Source: Phaeosaccion multiseriatum
Lineage: Eukaryota; Protista; Ochrophyta, other classes
Assembly: GCA_965112735.1 (NCBI GenBank)
Contig: OZ218963.1
Span: 930,001-994,000 of the forward strand
Reading direction: 5' to 3'
Length of the DNA: 64,000 nucleotides
The notes beneath the pieces were generated by a model. The model did no database searches, was not told the origin of the DNA, and saw nothing but the letters and a program-made list of their open reading frames with translations. Below are positions 33,859-47,616 of this stretch, piece by piece; position 1 is the stretch's first letter; each line of letters opens with the position of its first letter. The position numbers and the translations under genes were made by a program.

Positions 33859-36800
33859 ATGCAGCCCTCCGCGCGGGACAGCGCCGGCGCGGCGGAAGGG
33901 GCAGCAGAGGGTGCGTGGAAAGAAGAGGCTGGAGGAGCCGTCGGGGCGAGAGCGGCGAAGCGGGTGGGAGGTCGACAGCGGAAGCGAAGCAGCAAGTACA
34001 AGGAGTTCGCTGCCGAGCAGCAAAATGCGAGGCTCGCGAAGCTCCTCAATGGCGGCGGGGGCGTCGATTGGGAGGACGATGAGCAGCAGGTACAGTATCA
34101 ACAGCAGCCGCGCCGCAGGGCGCCCAGAAGCGATGGCCTCGACGGCGGCGCCGAGCGGCGAGGGCAGCAAGAGGCGCGGGGGGGTGCGCGTGGCAGGGGA
34201 GGGATGGCGCTGCAGGAGGGCAGTGGAAGTTCCTTGAGAGGGGGGCGAGGGAAGAAGGGGGCGAATAGTGCGCAGGGAGGGGGGGCTGGTGGGGCAGGGG
34301 CGCCTCTTTTTCACCAGCAGCATTTCATTCAGCTTCATCAGCAGCAACAGCAGCAACAACAGCAGCAGCAGATCTGGTTGCACGAGTTGGCGAGTAGAAG
34401 AAGAGGGACCATTGTGCTCGCTCGCAATCCACGTAAGGGCCACATTCTGTGGCCGGCGAGAATTTGCTGTGAGGACGAAGTTATTCAGCAGCTCCTCGCA
34501 CAGCAGCAGCAGCGGAAGCACCAGGACGCCGACATTGCGGCGCAGCAGCATGCGCGGGTCTTGGGTGGCTTGTGCCTCGTGTCTTTTTTGGTGGAGAAAG
34601 GGCACCACATCTTGGACTGGGTGAGCTCCGACGACATTTTTGCCTACGTGCCTCCGATGCTGGAGGCGACCGACCATGTTCAGGTCCTCGCTGCTGCTCC
34701 CTCCCCCACGAGTGCCGCAGTTGTCGCTCCAAGTGGCTCGGCGGTGGGTGCTGGTGTGGATGCGGCTGTGATCACGACGGCCTTCGCGAGGTCTCGACAG
34801 CAAAGAGCGCTTACACGATTGCAGCCCGACTTCAAAGCGGCCTGTCTGTGGGCCCAGGGGTTGGAGCACGTAAAAACTGCCATGCAAGAGGCCGTGCGGA
34901 AAGTAGAAAAGAGCAGGAGGGCGGGATTTTCGCACGTTGATGACGACAGCAGGGCGACTGGAGAAGATTTGTTCTTATTTGACCTCGCCATGGGCACCCA
35001 CAAGAGCCGAGTTACTGCCGCAGCGGCTGCTCCCACAGCGGCAACAAAGACAGGGCAGGAGGGCGAGAGGGGCGAGCGTGAAAGTGTCGTCGGAGGCACG
35101 GGTAGGAAGAGGGCTGTTCCTGCCCCACGCGCCAGCTCCGCCAGCTCCACTAGTGCGGTCCCGTCAAGATCCACACACGCGCCTGCAGCTCCCAGCGCTA
35201 CTGAAGATGAGCGTCTTGAGGAACCGTCACAAAAGATTGCGAGGACTGATGAACAAAGAGAGAGGAATCGCCCGGCGACAGAAGTCAGTACTGCCAAGAG
35301 AGACGAGGGGGCAGGGCGCAGCAGGGCTGCTCGGTCCAAGGCCGGTATCCGAGGCCCGTTGCCCAACACATATGGGGCCCCTTTATGTGGAGTTACCGCG
35401 GAGGAGCGAGCAGTCATGCAGGGCTACTTTCGGCATCTCCGCGTCAGGGCCCTTGGGGAGGCGGCTATGTTCCCCTCTTCCTCTACGACGGACTTGTTCA
35501 GATGGGTCAGCAGCGCAGAGCTGGCAGTGCCACTCGAGCCCGAAGCAGCCCCTGTAGCAGCTCCTGCATCAGCACCTGTATCAGCGGCTGCTGGCACGAC
35601 GGGGGGCACGAGCGCAGGGGCTGAAGCTGAGACACTGGGAAGCACATGTCGGCGTGAGCGGCAACTAGTGCCCTTTTATCCTTCGGGGAGCACTCGGACA
35701 GCCCCGCCGTTGTGGAGGAAAGGGCGAAGTAAGCTCCTGTGTAGGAGTCTGCATCCTCCCACTCCGACTGCAGGGAATGTGGCGCGGAGAGAGGGAGGCG
35801 CTGCGCAGGCGCTGCTGACGAGCCTCTCCTCACCAGACACATCGGTACGTCGGACAGAGGCAGAGGACGGGGGGGAGTGTGTGCAAGAGGGTTGCACGAG
35901 GGCGGCCGTATATGGCTTTCAGCTTCCGCGCACATGCGAGGCTCATAGAATGCAAGGAATGGTGCGCTGCATTGGCAAGGAGGAGGACGAAGAGACACAG
36001 CAGACCAGCGCCAGCGCCACGGCTCATCTCGGGCGAGAGGGTGGAGGAGGAGCAAGACCACGACGAGGAGGAGGAGGAGGGGGAGCTAGAGGAGGAGCAG
36101 GCATGGGATTTGTGGTTACTCCGAGTGCAGTCTTGCCACGCAGGGGCTGCGGGACGTGTGCAGCGTGTCTTACAAAGATCGACTGTGGGCGCTGTGAGGT
36201 TTGCGTGGACGGCATCCCTGGCGCAGAGGTGTGCACGCAACGGCGGTGCGGCTGGGCTGCGAAGGCGGGAGGGGCCAGCGGGGTGGACAGCCTGAAGGAG
36301 GGCCGAGCAGCCGGAGACACTTCTTCACTGAGCGATATGAGGTGAGAATGGGGCTGAGTGGGAGCCACTTGGCGCAGGAGGGGCTGCTTTTCGTGCCCAG
36401 CGGATGTACCCTCCAACTCTCTGCGAGCATTTACACTCACCTCCCTATCATCCTACCCTTTCATGTGAACTTTCTTCGAACGACTTTGCGATAACAGGCG
36501 GCCGCGAGGAGCTCTTTGGAAGGGCAGCATGGGGGGATGGTACAGAGCGAAGGCGAAAGGGCCGAAGCAGGGGCCAAGCACGCGAAGGGGGTCGGAGGAG
36601 AGTAGTAGTAGCAGCGATGACAGCGCCACCGACAGTGACTGGGATACAGAAAGTGGTGACAGCGAAGGGGACGAAGAAGGGAGGAATTGCACGTCACCAC
36701 TGGTTTCTAGGAAACGGCAGCGGCCGAAGTGGATGGAGGTGAATGGACCTGGCCGCAAGCAACCGAGTGCGTGGCCCTTCGAGGTGCACAATCTCAATCG

Positions 36801-39800
36801 GAAGGCCTTCCGCTTTCCGAGGGCGGTACTGCAGTGTCCTTGGAGGTGCCCCGACTGCGAAGAGTTTACCGAGGCGTGTGCTTGTGCAGGAGGCTTCTCC
36901 ACATGGTATATCACCCGCACTCCGCAAAAGTCTCGCCAAGGGTCGGAGGGAAGCACGGACAGCAGGAAAATATCGCAGCAGGTTGTTTTTTGTCCGATGG
37001 AGGTGAGCGGGGGCGGAGACGCACATCGCGCTGGCAGAGTCATGAAGTGTCCTTGGTGCGCACGTGGGCTTGGATCCATGATGGGCGTACCGCTTTGGGC
37101 CAAGGAAGCAAGCGACCGCCGCCTCGAGCTTGGGAAATCGGCGACGTCGGAGGGAAGTCTCTCAGCGAGGGGCGGCGACAGTGTCGGAGGTGTGGAAAAG
37201 GGGGGGGGAGTACGCAGAGACTCATTGGCAGATGCTGATGATGAGGAAGGAGGCGATGCTGATGATGATGACAAGGATGAGGAGGCAGAGAGCGGAACCG
37301 GGGATGGCAATGCGGCTTCTGATTCAGACGAGGGCGAAGCGGCGGGAGACGAGAGTTTGTTTAATATCCACTACGGCTCTACGTCGAAGGAGCGCTCTGA
37401 CCGAGCCTGTATGGAAGCGGATAGCGAAGGCTTCAGCGAGGACAGTAGTGACGACGAGGAGAAAGACGAGGAGGACATGGGAGAAGAGGGGGGGCTCGGA
37501 GGGAGTGAGGAAGAAGAGCTGGTGCGGAGCGAGGGGGAGCTTATAGGGAGCGAGGAAGAGGACAGCAGCGACGGTGATTTCCTTTCATTGCAGAGCACCA
37601 AGTATTCCTCTCGAGGACGGGGCAGGTGGGGGCGAGACTTCAGCGGTCCAACGGCGTACAGCACGGCAGTGGATGTGGCACTGAATGCAACGGGAAAAGA
37701 CTCCCTGAGGCTTGACCCCCATGGGCAGCAGCGGCACCCCGCCCTAGGCGAGAGGAATCCTCCCATTCCTTTTAGGGAAGCATACTTTCCCGGGAAGGAC
37801 AGGCTCACGGACCTCGGTAAAAGAATCATCCCCTCCAAGCAGGAGGAGAAACGGCCGCCGGCAGCAGCAATTGTTGGGCCACAGCTTCTGGCTCAGGTTC
37901 GAGAGGAACTGATGGACAAGGTGCAGCCTGGAAGAAGTCCAGGGCAGGAGAATGGTCGCGATGGTGATTTAGACGGGGAGGGGAAGAAAGACGAGCGGTA
38001 TCAGCGGACTCTGTCCAATGGGCGACATCCTGCAGGAGACGCCAAGTTGACGCAGCAGCAGAGTGGGAAAGTTCTCGAAGTGGTGCGCTTTCTTTTCGAG
38101 AATGTCGACTATCTGGTTGGTACACGGCGAAGCAGGGGCGAAGCAGAAGAGGACGATGGTGATTTCCACTTTGAAAACGACTGCGACGTCGAAGACCAAG
38201 AGGAAGGAGGAGGAGGAGGAGGAGGAGGAGGAGGAGGAGGAGGAGGAGGAGGAGGCGGAGAAGGAGAAGACATGGAAGTAGAAGAGGAAGAGGACGAGGA
38301 AGACGAAGAAGTAACTGACGATACCGGTAGCGGCGAGGGGGGGAACGCTGAAGATGCAGCAGAAGGGGAGGAAGGGGGATACCACGGTGAAGAAGTAGGG
38401 CGAACGGACGACAGAGAAAGAAGGCGTGACAATGTTGTTAGTGACGACGCTGAAGGTGACAGTGACCACGTGGTCAGCGTTGGGGAGAATGACGACAGCG
38501 ATGGTGCTTCTCTCTCCGAGCATCAAGAGAAGGATGGGGACAGCGAGAGTGGCAGGGGGAACGGCGTTGGTGATGATGAGAATAGAGACGCTCGAACAGG
38601 GAAGAGGCCAGCTGGGGGAGACAGCGTGCTGGCTGAGGCATGGACGGCAGCCCATGGCGCAGCGGTCGCGGAGGAAGGAGCAGAGGATGAACAAGGCGGG
38701 TCTCGAATGGGATTGCATGTGGCGCGGCACCGGCGCCTCCATTTGGCGGAAAAGCTGCGCGTGCTCTTCTCAGGGCTACCTCAGGACCTTGTGCTTGCAG
38801 GACCGGTCCGAACTGCACAGCAAGCCAACGAGGGGGAGGGCTCATCTCCGAACGCGGCCTCGTCTTCGGGGGCTGGTGTATTTCTTGCTTCCGCTGGGCA
38901 GCGAGTTCAGTACCTGGCTCTCCTGGAGGAAGTGCAGAATGAAGTGGAGGTTTTGCTGAGCAGGCGCTACGATGTGCTGCGGAGGTCGTACCATCGAGAG
39001 GTGGCGAAGAATTTCGCGCGGGTCAATGCCAAGGTGGATGCGTTCTCCAACCAACTGGCGGGTCTAGGCTTGGACGTGGATCTGTTGCAGCAGAGGGCGA
39101 GCACAAAGGCGCTGAGACTGCAGGAGATACACGATATGGTGGAAGAGGTGAGTAGTTTGGGGGTCAGTCAGTCGCTGGGAGAGGCATTGGATCGTGCTTG
39201 CTTATTGTTACTCACCCCCCTTGTCGGGCGATTTCTTACGTGCTGCCCAGGCGAGCTCGGAGCACGTCCCCTCTCTGGGGCGGGCCACTGTGGTGCAGAT
39301 GGAGGTGCTCCTGCGCAGTGAGAAAGCCTATCTCGGACGACTGAGGTGAGCAAACAGGCCATGACGGCTCGCGACGGCTTCTGAGGCACAGTCCTATGCT
39401 CTCCCTGGGTACTCTCCAAATGCGGCCCGATGATTGAATCGTCGACACGTATCTATCTCAACGCGCTCTTTGCTTTGTTTCGTTTCCTGTGTTTCGTCCG
39501 TCCGATGCTTTTCAGAGCGAAAGTGAAGGAGCACCTGTCCAAGATGGCCATCGTGGAGTCCGCTCTGGACTACTGGAAAGAAGAGCGAGCAAAGCAGGAG
39601 AAGCAGGCGATCGCTCGTGATGCGACCTACGGCGGAGAGGCAGGAGGAGGTGAGGGGAGTGTGGATACACCGCCCTTGTCTTCACTTCCCCTGCAGGAGC
39701 TGGAGGCGGTGGTGCAGCAGTGGGGTGTCCTGCGGAGAGAGCTGCGACGGCTTGGTCTCGGAACAAGGGTGGCGGCGTTGGCACCAGGAACAGAGGAAGG

Positions 39801-41322
39801 AGAGGGAGGAAGGAGAGAAAGGAATACGTCAGATCCGCTTAGCATCTTCCTGCTTCTACAGAAGGGGGAGTCTGGTGCGAATAGGCTAGTTTCGCGGGCC
39901 TTGGAGAAAGGAAGTGTTGCCAACGTGACAGTCGTCTACACGCGGGAGAGGAAGGAGAGCAGCGCCGTCGCGGAAATACGGCAGCAGGCGAAGCAAGCGG
40001 AGCCGAAATCGCAATCGTTTAGCGTCCCGGATGACAGGTTGCTGCGTCTGCTGGAGCGAGTGCACACCCGAGAGTACATTGATGGCTTGCGAAGAGGAAG
40101 CCTTCCCCTCCGCGCGGAGAGCTGGAGTTCAGCTACGCAAAGCTGCGAGCATGTGATGGAGGCTGTGGACAGGCTTCTCAGCGGGGAGTGTCGCTCCTGC
40201 TTTGTCGCGTGTGACTCACCTAGCCACAACGCGGGGCCGGGGACCACAGTCGGCGGGTCATCCCTGTTGGTCAAAGGGGAGAGCCCATGTGGATTCGGAT
40301 CAGCCGTGTTCAATGCCGTAGCTCTTGGAGCCAAGTATGCGCTTCGGGGTATGCGCGACAAAGTTGGTCATGGAGAAGGGGGCGCAAGGGTCCAGCAGTG
40401 CGCCGTGCGTCGCGTGGCTGTGGTGGACTTGGACGGCCATCATGGGAATGGAACACAAGAGGCGTTGTGCCGCACCTTTGATCCTGCATTCTTGTATGCA
40501 TCAGTGCATGCCTTCCAGGCAGAAAAAGAAATGTGGGGGCAGGACAGCAGTGGGAGAGGAAGCGCAGATTCAGCAGCACCATCGGATGTGGGAGGAGGAG
40601 GCGGTGGTGGGGGTTTGGAACGCTCGGCAGGAGATGATGATGACTCGAGCTTGCTCTTGAACTCCCACCCTCCGCTCTTCCCCGGCACGGGCGGACCGGA
40701 TGACCGTCCCCACCGACACGTGATAAACGTCGCCATCACCACGAAGATTGCCCCTGAGCAATGGCGAAAGGCGGTACACAAGGTCACGGATGCCCTTGAG
40801 TCCTTCCGACCTGACGTGCTCTTCCTGTCCATGGGCTTTAGTGCTGCGGCAGGCCATCGCTGCGGCTTGGGCAAGCTGACCGCAGAAGACTACGGCTGGG
40901 CCACGGCTCAGCTCGTGCAAGTGGCGGAGGAGCATTGCGGCGGCAGGATCCTGTCTGTGCTGGAGGAAGGCGGCTGCGAGTGCGGCGCGGAGCTTGAGGC
41001 TGGTGAGGAGGGGTGGGCTTTCTGGGGAGAGCAGGTTTCCCAAGCGCAGCATGGGCTCAATGGGGGTGTGCTCGGAGGAGAGGCTGTTGCCCCAGGAGCA
41101 GGAGGAGGCGAGCGAGACCACACGCCTGCGGACGGCGCGGACAAGAGGACAGAGGGGAAGGGACTAACCACGGAACCACTCGGGGGGGGAGCGCAAAGAA
41201 GAAGCGACTGCAATAGGGCGTTGAGGGAGCAGCATCAGCGAGATGGGGAAGGGGGAGCTGAAGAGTCGTGCGCAGCCTGTCTGAGAGCGCACGTGCAGGC
41301 GTTGGCAGGAAGTGCCGAGTAG
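33859..41322 (+). CDS. ~2300-aa chromatin protein: PWWP, EsV-1-7-like Cys/His motif, CXXC zinc finger, acidic region, coiled coil, degenerate class II HDAC domain (4 exons)
   Basis: Exons ~33859-36341, 36498-39147, 39251-39345, 39516-41322 splice in frame. Motifs: VLARNPRKGHILWPARI (PWWP), CVQEGCTRAAVYG..RTCEAH..GMV, RRGCGTCAAC..DCGRCEVC...CTQRRC, VVDLDGHHGNGTQE, LFPGTG, FRPDVLFLSMGF. Confidence 0.8.
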
Positions 41323-41662
41323 CTCCACGTATATTGTAGCAGTTATTTGCAGTTGTTTATCCCCCTGATAGCATCTGATTGTCAACTGGCCAATTAAACT
41401 CATTTTCCTTCCTTTTTCCTCCTCGTTGAACTACGTACATGGCCTCTATGGGCTTCCTAAAATTGCTTAGAGGCTGCCAACGTAACACAGATATCACACT
41501 CGCAAGGCCCACCATACCCGGGGTGGTGGAAGGCTTTGCCATAAAGCCTTTGCCGCAAACAACTGGGCATTCGAGGGCATCAATTTGAAACTTTAATTCT
41601 GTAACGTCGACAATCCCTTCCTCATTATTCCCCAGCTCACTCCATGGTTTTGTAAGCAAAGG

Positions 41663-44600
41663 ATGCCGGCCGGGGCGCGACGCGAGGTGGCCGAGGTGAT
41701 CCATGCCTTTGGGACCTGTCCGGTGGTGCGGCACCATGTGTGCGCGCTCAGCAAGGCAAGGATTGCCTACACCATTGGTGCCCGCGTGGCGCTCACAAGG
41801 GAGGGCGGCAATGCTACGAATCTCATGTTTCTCAGCTCTGCAGCCAAGGTGCAGACAGTAACCTCGCTGGTGGTGGACACAAGGAAGCGGTTTCTGGCCG
41901 TAAGCTATATTGCCTTTGGCAAGCTGGGTCTGTCCTTCACGACCATCCACAGTCTTGCCCAGCCGCGACCGACGCGGGCCAAGACTTTGGTCTATGAGGC
42001 GCCCTCGGCGGAGCACAGCTGTGTGGTGATGAACTCGTGCTTTAGTATCGACAGTGGCACCCTTCTCCTTCAGATGGACAAGCCGGACTACACCATGATT
42101 GGATACGACTGGAAGTCCGGGAGAAAGCTTTTCTCGATCGAGCTGCGTGGAGGGCTCGCGGTGACCAGGTTGGCGTTCAGTCCCCAGGACAATCGAATTA
42201 TGGCAACCTGCGGCAGCGCGGGCCACTTTCTCCTATGGCGCCTCAATGGCGGGGAGGTGCACCTTCTAAAAGGAGGGGGGGTGGACGGCCTTCCCGGGGA
42301 GGATGAGGATTTCACAGACATGATTTGGTTGTCAGGGGATCGAATTGTACTCACTTCGCGGCAGGGACGGGTGTTTCTCATCAGTCCTGCGGAAATGCTG
42401 GAGAGCTGGGACTTGTCCACGGATCTGTCGCTTGTTGGCGGCGGTGAGGGGGGGGCTGAGACCGGCAATGACCTCGGCACCGGAGCCGCTTTGTATGCAG
42501 TGTGTTCCGCAGCTCGCGTCGCGGAGAGGGGGGCTGGATTTATAGTAGGGGGCGCGGGCGGTTATGTCACGGCGTTCGTGCTCCGGAATAGGCGGTATGA
42601 GATTGTCTCGAGAACGCGGCCATGTTCGGATGACATTGTTGAGCTGCAGGAGTTCGGTGAGGACAGAGAGAGTGGAAAGGAAGGTCAGACCCCCGGCCTC
42701 TTGCTTGCTGCGACGGATTGTGGGGATTTGGGGTGTTTGCAGGCCGCGGCACTCTTTCTTCCCTCCGGCGGCAGCAGAGATGCGGCTGGATCGACTCCGC
42801 GCCTGTTGTCGTCTCCGGAAAAACCTCGCGGCTTCCGCCCTGCCTTGGAGGCTTTCCAGTCCTCACTGGGCAATGGAAGCGTGAACAACAGTGGAGACTC
42901 TTCGGTTACTACCCTTCCGACCTCTGCGTCAACTCCGGACGATACCCATCCCCCTGCTTTCTGTCCAATCGTGCGCGGCTTCGGGGTCGTTGGGGAATCT
43001 GTCCGCTGTCTCGCAGGTGAGTTTTGAGGTGGGAGCATGAATGTCCAAGCCTGGGTATCTATCGTAATACGTGGTGGTGGGGTTTTCCCCCAAGCTTGCG
43101 AAAGCGAGTGAACTCTCACCCCCGCTTCTTTTCTCTTTTGCAGTGTGCTCCCGCAGGCGGTTGCTGGCGTGTCTCGTGTACCCCAGACCAGCGGCGACAT
43201 GTTGCAAAGGGAAGGCTGCTGAATGCGCTGGCCGACCATCGCTCAAGCCCCCAGAGCTAAGAATATGGAACTACCGCACCAGGAGCCTCCTTCTGAGGCA
43301 CCCCTTCCTCGATGCGCTGCCCGAGGCGGCCGACAGTGGACCCCAACTCGGCTCTGTAGAAGGGTACGTGGAGGGAGCCTGTCCACAAGCACTCGACTTC
43401 CACCCCTCGGGATACACCTTGGCCGTGGGATTTGAGGGCTTTGTGAGCATTGTCAGTCTTACCAGTGCAGACGGTGCCATCACGACGGATCAAGACGTAA
43501 TCACGAAAGGCATCTTCCGATGCTCGCAGGAGTCGGAGAGCGTCCTGAACCACGACCCAGTGACATCCCTGCGCTTCTCGTCTGGGGGCCACTTGCTGGC
43601 TGTGGCCACAGGCAAGATTGTGCAAATACTCGCCTTGTATTCTGCGGAGAATGGCGGGAAACTTGGGCGTGTACAGAACCTCTCTGGGCACACCAGTTGC
43701 ATTTCCTCTATCCACTGGGCGACGGATGATCAGCGCTTGAGGACCAGCGCCACTTGTGGAGAGGTGTACGAGTGGGAAGTGGGTGGCAACGTGGACCCCA
43801 AGACCATGCGGCAAAGAGAGTTTATCAGCAAGACCACATCCTTCCAAGGAGTCGCGGCAGGGAGCGGCAGAGAGGGGGGAGTTGTGGCTGTGGGAGCTTC
43901 GTCCACCAAGAGAGGTGGTGGGATATCCTCATCCACTGCGTCCGTCCCTTCCCCATCTTCAGTACGTTCAGATAGGCGCTCCGATTCGACATGCACGAGC
44001 ACACCGAAGGCGTTGGAGGTGCCCAGAGTAAGGTCCAAGCTCTTCGTGTTCCCGAAGACCCTCAATGCGTCAGGGGAAGTGTTTTCAGCAGAGCTTCCCA
44101 TTCAGGCTTCACAAGTCGAAGTCACTACTCGGGGAAGTCGCTTTCAAGGAGGTGTCAAGAATCTGCTGCTGATGGGCAGTCGCGAGGGATTGGTACACTT
44201 GTACGATTGGAACTCGGTCATGAGGGCGGCAGACGGTCTGGACAGCTCCTCTTGTGGTACGAAAGTCGCGTCTTCCGTCAACCCTTCCGCTGAGCTGTCT
44301 CTTCACGGCCAGGCCATCACCTCGCTGCGATTGACCGCTGACTGCTCTGCCTTCTTCACGGCCTCTGAGGACGGCTCCATCTTTATGACTTCTCTCTCGC
44401 CTGCCAGGAGTAGTAGCAACAACAGCAGCGATGGACCGGCTGATGAACAAGAGTACACGAGTGGCGAGGGGGGCGAAAGAGAGATGGCCAAGCAGGCGAT
44501 GGAGGAGCGCTTGGTGCTGATAGATGTTGGAGAGATGGAGGTGGTGAGAACGGAGGTCAAGAATGCTGCATCGGCGTTGACGCAGCAGGAGCACAGCTTC

Positions 44601-46529
44601 AGCTTCAAATTAGATCGGGCGCGGCTCATCATGGACAAGGAAGTATCGACCATCCGAGACCAAAACGCAGCGGCTGTGGCTGGCGTCAAGGCCAGAGCGG
44701 CGTTTCTCGAAGAGCACGTCCAAACAGAGGAGAAGGCGCACAAGAATGCCCTCGCCGTCTTGAAGGAGCAGCAGGAGAAGGCGCTGTCTTCCATGTCGGC
44801 TATGTACGAGCAGAAGCTCGGCCAGCAGGCGGAGGCATATCTGCGGCTCAAGATGGCATTTGAAGACTTGGGTAAGTAAGATTAAGTAAGATTAGATAAG
44901 CGTGAGGTTGGGGGGCGGTGTGTGTATATTGTACAGAAATAGGCCCTGATTCATTCAACCGACTCATGCTTTTTGTGAATGTGTGCGCAGGCACCGCGGC
45001 CAGGCAGGACGCCGAGTACGAGCGAGAGGAGAAGGACCATATGAAAGAGACCTTTTCCGAGACGAAGCGCGTTGAGGTAGAGGGCTATATCCGTGAGCAG
45101 GCCACTCTGAGGGAGTACGTGGACTTCCTGAAGAGGCAGTACACGGCCATGCTCAAGAAGGAAGAGGCGGGCTTCGAGAAGGAACTGCAGGCCATGCGAG
45201 CGAGAGCTCACATCGCCAGTATCAATCAGGAGAAGGAGAATGCCGACTCCAAGAGCAAGACGCTTTTGCTTAGAAAGCAGCTCAAGGTGTGTGTGTGTGT
45301 GTGTGTGCTTTGCCTTGTGGGGGGGGGGTAGCACGGCAACTTATTGTAGAGGGACTTGAGGGCTCTCTGCACACTCAACAAGGAAAGAGGGGGGGGGGGG
45401 GGGTAGTGTTGAAGCCAGCTGTAACAGCTCCATGGCTTCTTTTTTGTTGTCACGTCCTGCACTACAGGTGATCCAAGAACGCATGCAGGATCAAGCAGCG
45501 CGCGAGGTTGAGGCGGATTTGGCTCTTGAGGTGTCAAAGGTGCAAGTCAAAAAGCTCGAGCTTGTGGTGCAAAACTTGGAGGGGGAGCTGCTGGCGAAGA
45601 ACCAACGGCTCAGCGAGTGGGAGCACATGGCGAGCAAGCAGAAGAACGACATGAAGGGCCTCGACAAGCTCAAGTCCGCCCTGAGCATTGAGGTGCACAC
45701 GCAGAGGGAGTACTTGCAGCAAACCGAAGCAGAGGTCGCTCGCCTTCGGGAGAAGGTCCGGAAGGATGATGCCCTGATTGACCAGGGGGCCACCGAGGCA
45801 CAGTCCTTGGAGAAAACCGTCGCGGAGAGAAATCGTCAGATACGGGTTATGAAGAAGCAAATCGTGGCCAAGGATGGGAAGCTCAGGCACCGGGAAGCAT
45901 CTTTGCTCAGTCTCTGCTCGCAGATGATGGATTTGATGGGCCGAGTCACGGACGGCTCTGGCTGGCTGGGGGCCAAGGCCCAGTGCCAGAGACTCATTGC
46001 GCCGTTCGTGGACAAGGGGTTGTTGGACGATGTGGACCCCGATGCCTCGGCCAAGGAGCAGATGAGGCAGCGAGCCAAGATGGTCGAAGGCATGAATGTC
46101 ATGAAGCGGAGTATGAGCCTGGAGCAGCAGAACCATGCGCAGCAAAACGCCATGCGCCTCAAGGAGAACCTTCAGCTCACGGAGGAGATGAACGAGCTGC
46201 GGCGGCAAAACAAGAAGCTCATCGAAGCGGTGGCGCTTCGGGGCCTCGGGCTACAGCAAAAGAAGCGGAGAAAAGGGCTCACAGACACTGCCCTGAGCGC
46301 CAGCCTTAGACCACGACGACCTGTCACGCCACTCCCAAAAAAAGAAGCGATCCGTCAAAGTCCGGGACTTTTGTCTATTACAAAGACGCTGAGAAAGGAG
46401 AGAGAGGCCGTGCTCGGTGATAGGCTCGCCGACGCAGAGGCCAAGCTGGAGGCTGCCGCTGCGGAGAAAGAACAGCTCAAAGCCGATCGGGATGCGCTCC
46501 TTTCCGAGCAAGGATGGCATCAAAGCTAA
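41663..46529 (+). CDS. CFAP57: CFAP57/WDR65-like WD40 plus coiled-coil ciliary protein
   Basis: WD repeats (ALDFHPSGYTLAVGF, LRFSSGGHLLAVA, LSGHTSCISSIHWATDDQRL, HGQAITSLRLT..FFTASEDGSIF) followed by a long coiled coil ending KENLQLTEEMNELRR, typical of CFAP57; divergent, so possibly a paralog. Confidence 0.75.
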
Positions 46530-46577
46530 ATGCTAAAACAAACAAACAAACAAACAAAAAGACAAGTAAAGTGCGTC

Positions 46578-47575
46578 TTAAACCGCCCCCAGGGCCGCGT
46601 ACAGAGCAAAGGCCACCTGGGATCCGAAGCCAGCCGCAAAGCGAATGGCAAACTTGGCCTGCGTTGTGCCCCCCTCGCTGAGATTGAGAGCACCCAAGTT
46701 CTCGTCTACCTCCTTGTAATTTGCGGTGGGAGGCATGACTCCCGAAGTCAGTACCTCCACCGCGCACACGTCTTCAAAGCTCACTCCCATCGGATGTCCC
46801 GTGAAACCCTTGGTGTTGATAATAGGGAGGAGAGCGAGAGCCTCGCCAAAGCACTCCCGCAATGCAAAAACCTCATTGAACGCGCAAGAGGCCGTGGGAG
46901 TGGCGTGTGTGCATGTCTCGTGGCTGAAGTATACCCCGTTCTTCGCCAGAGTCTCCCTACGGTCGTGTTAATTAAGAAGGGTAGGTAGGAATTAAGCGGA
47001 TGGGATGTAAGTAAGAGCCTTTTGCATCCCTTCCTTTTTTTTGCTTACCTGTCAAGGTCCCAATTCTTTTGGATGGTTTGCAGGAAGCGCTCAAGCTCGG
47101 TAGCAATGTGGTTCTTGTCCATGCTCGCCCCGTGGAAGGCTGAATTGGATATTTGTGTCTCCAGAAGATGGGCCTTCATGAGAGGGCCCCTCGCGAGAGG
47201 AAAGGAAGAGTTGGTCCGCGTGAAACTAGACTCCTCCGTTTCCAGGACCATTCCAATCGCCCCTGCTCCCAGAATCATCCCATTTCGTCGGCGGTCGAAG
47301 GGCAAGGCTGCCTCCTCTGCCGAGGCGCTAATCGAAGCAGCACCAAGGGCACAGAAGCCGTTGCCCACCCACGGAAGAAGCGCTTCCCCAGAAGCATCAT
47401 CTCCTGCAATGACCACCACCCTGTCGCACCTCCCGACCTGGAAACAGACCAAGCAACACGACAAGAGAGAGTGAGACAAGAGCCGACAAGCAGCACGATG
47501 GATGGATGGACTCGGCACAGGGTACGGGCCATTGAAGGGGCTGGTGGAGCAGAGTGCTAGAGGACAAACCCATCT

Positions 47576-47616
<41 letters not shown>

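Noticed and set aside
32761-34935. 724-aa minus-strand ORF
   Set aside because: The upstream two-thirds is the antisense shadow of the PWWP exon; only the part from ATG 33723 looks like a real exon.
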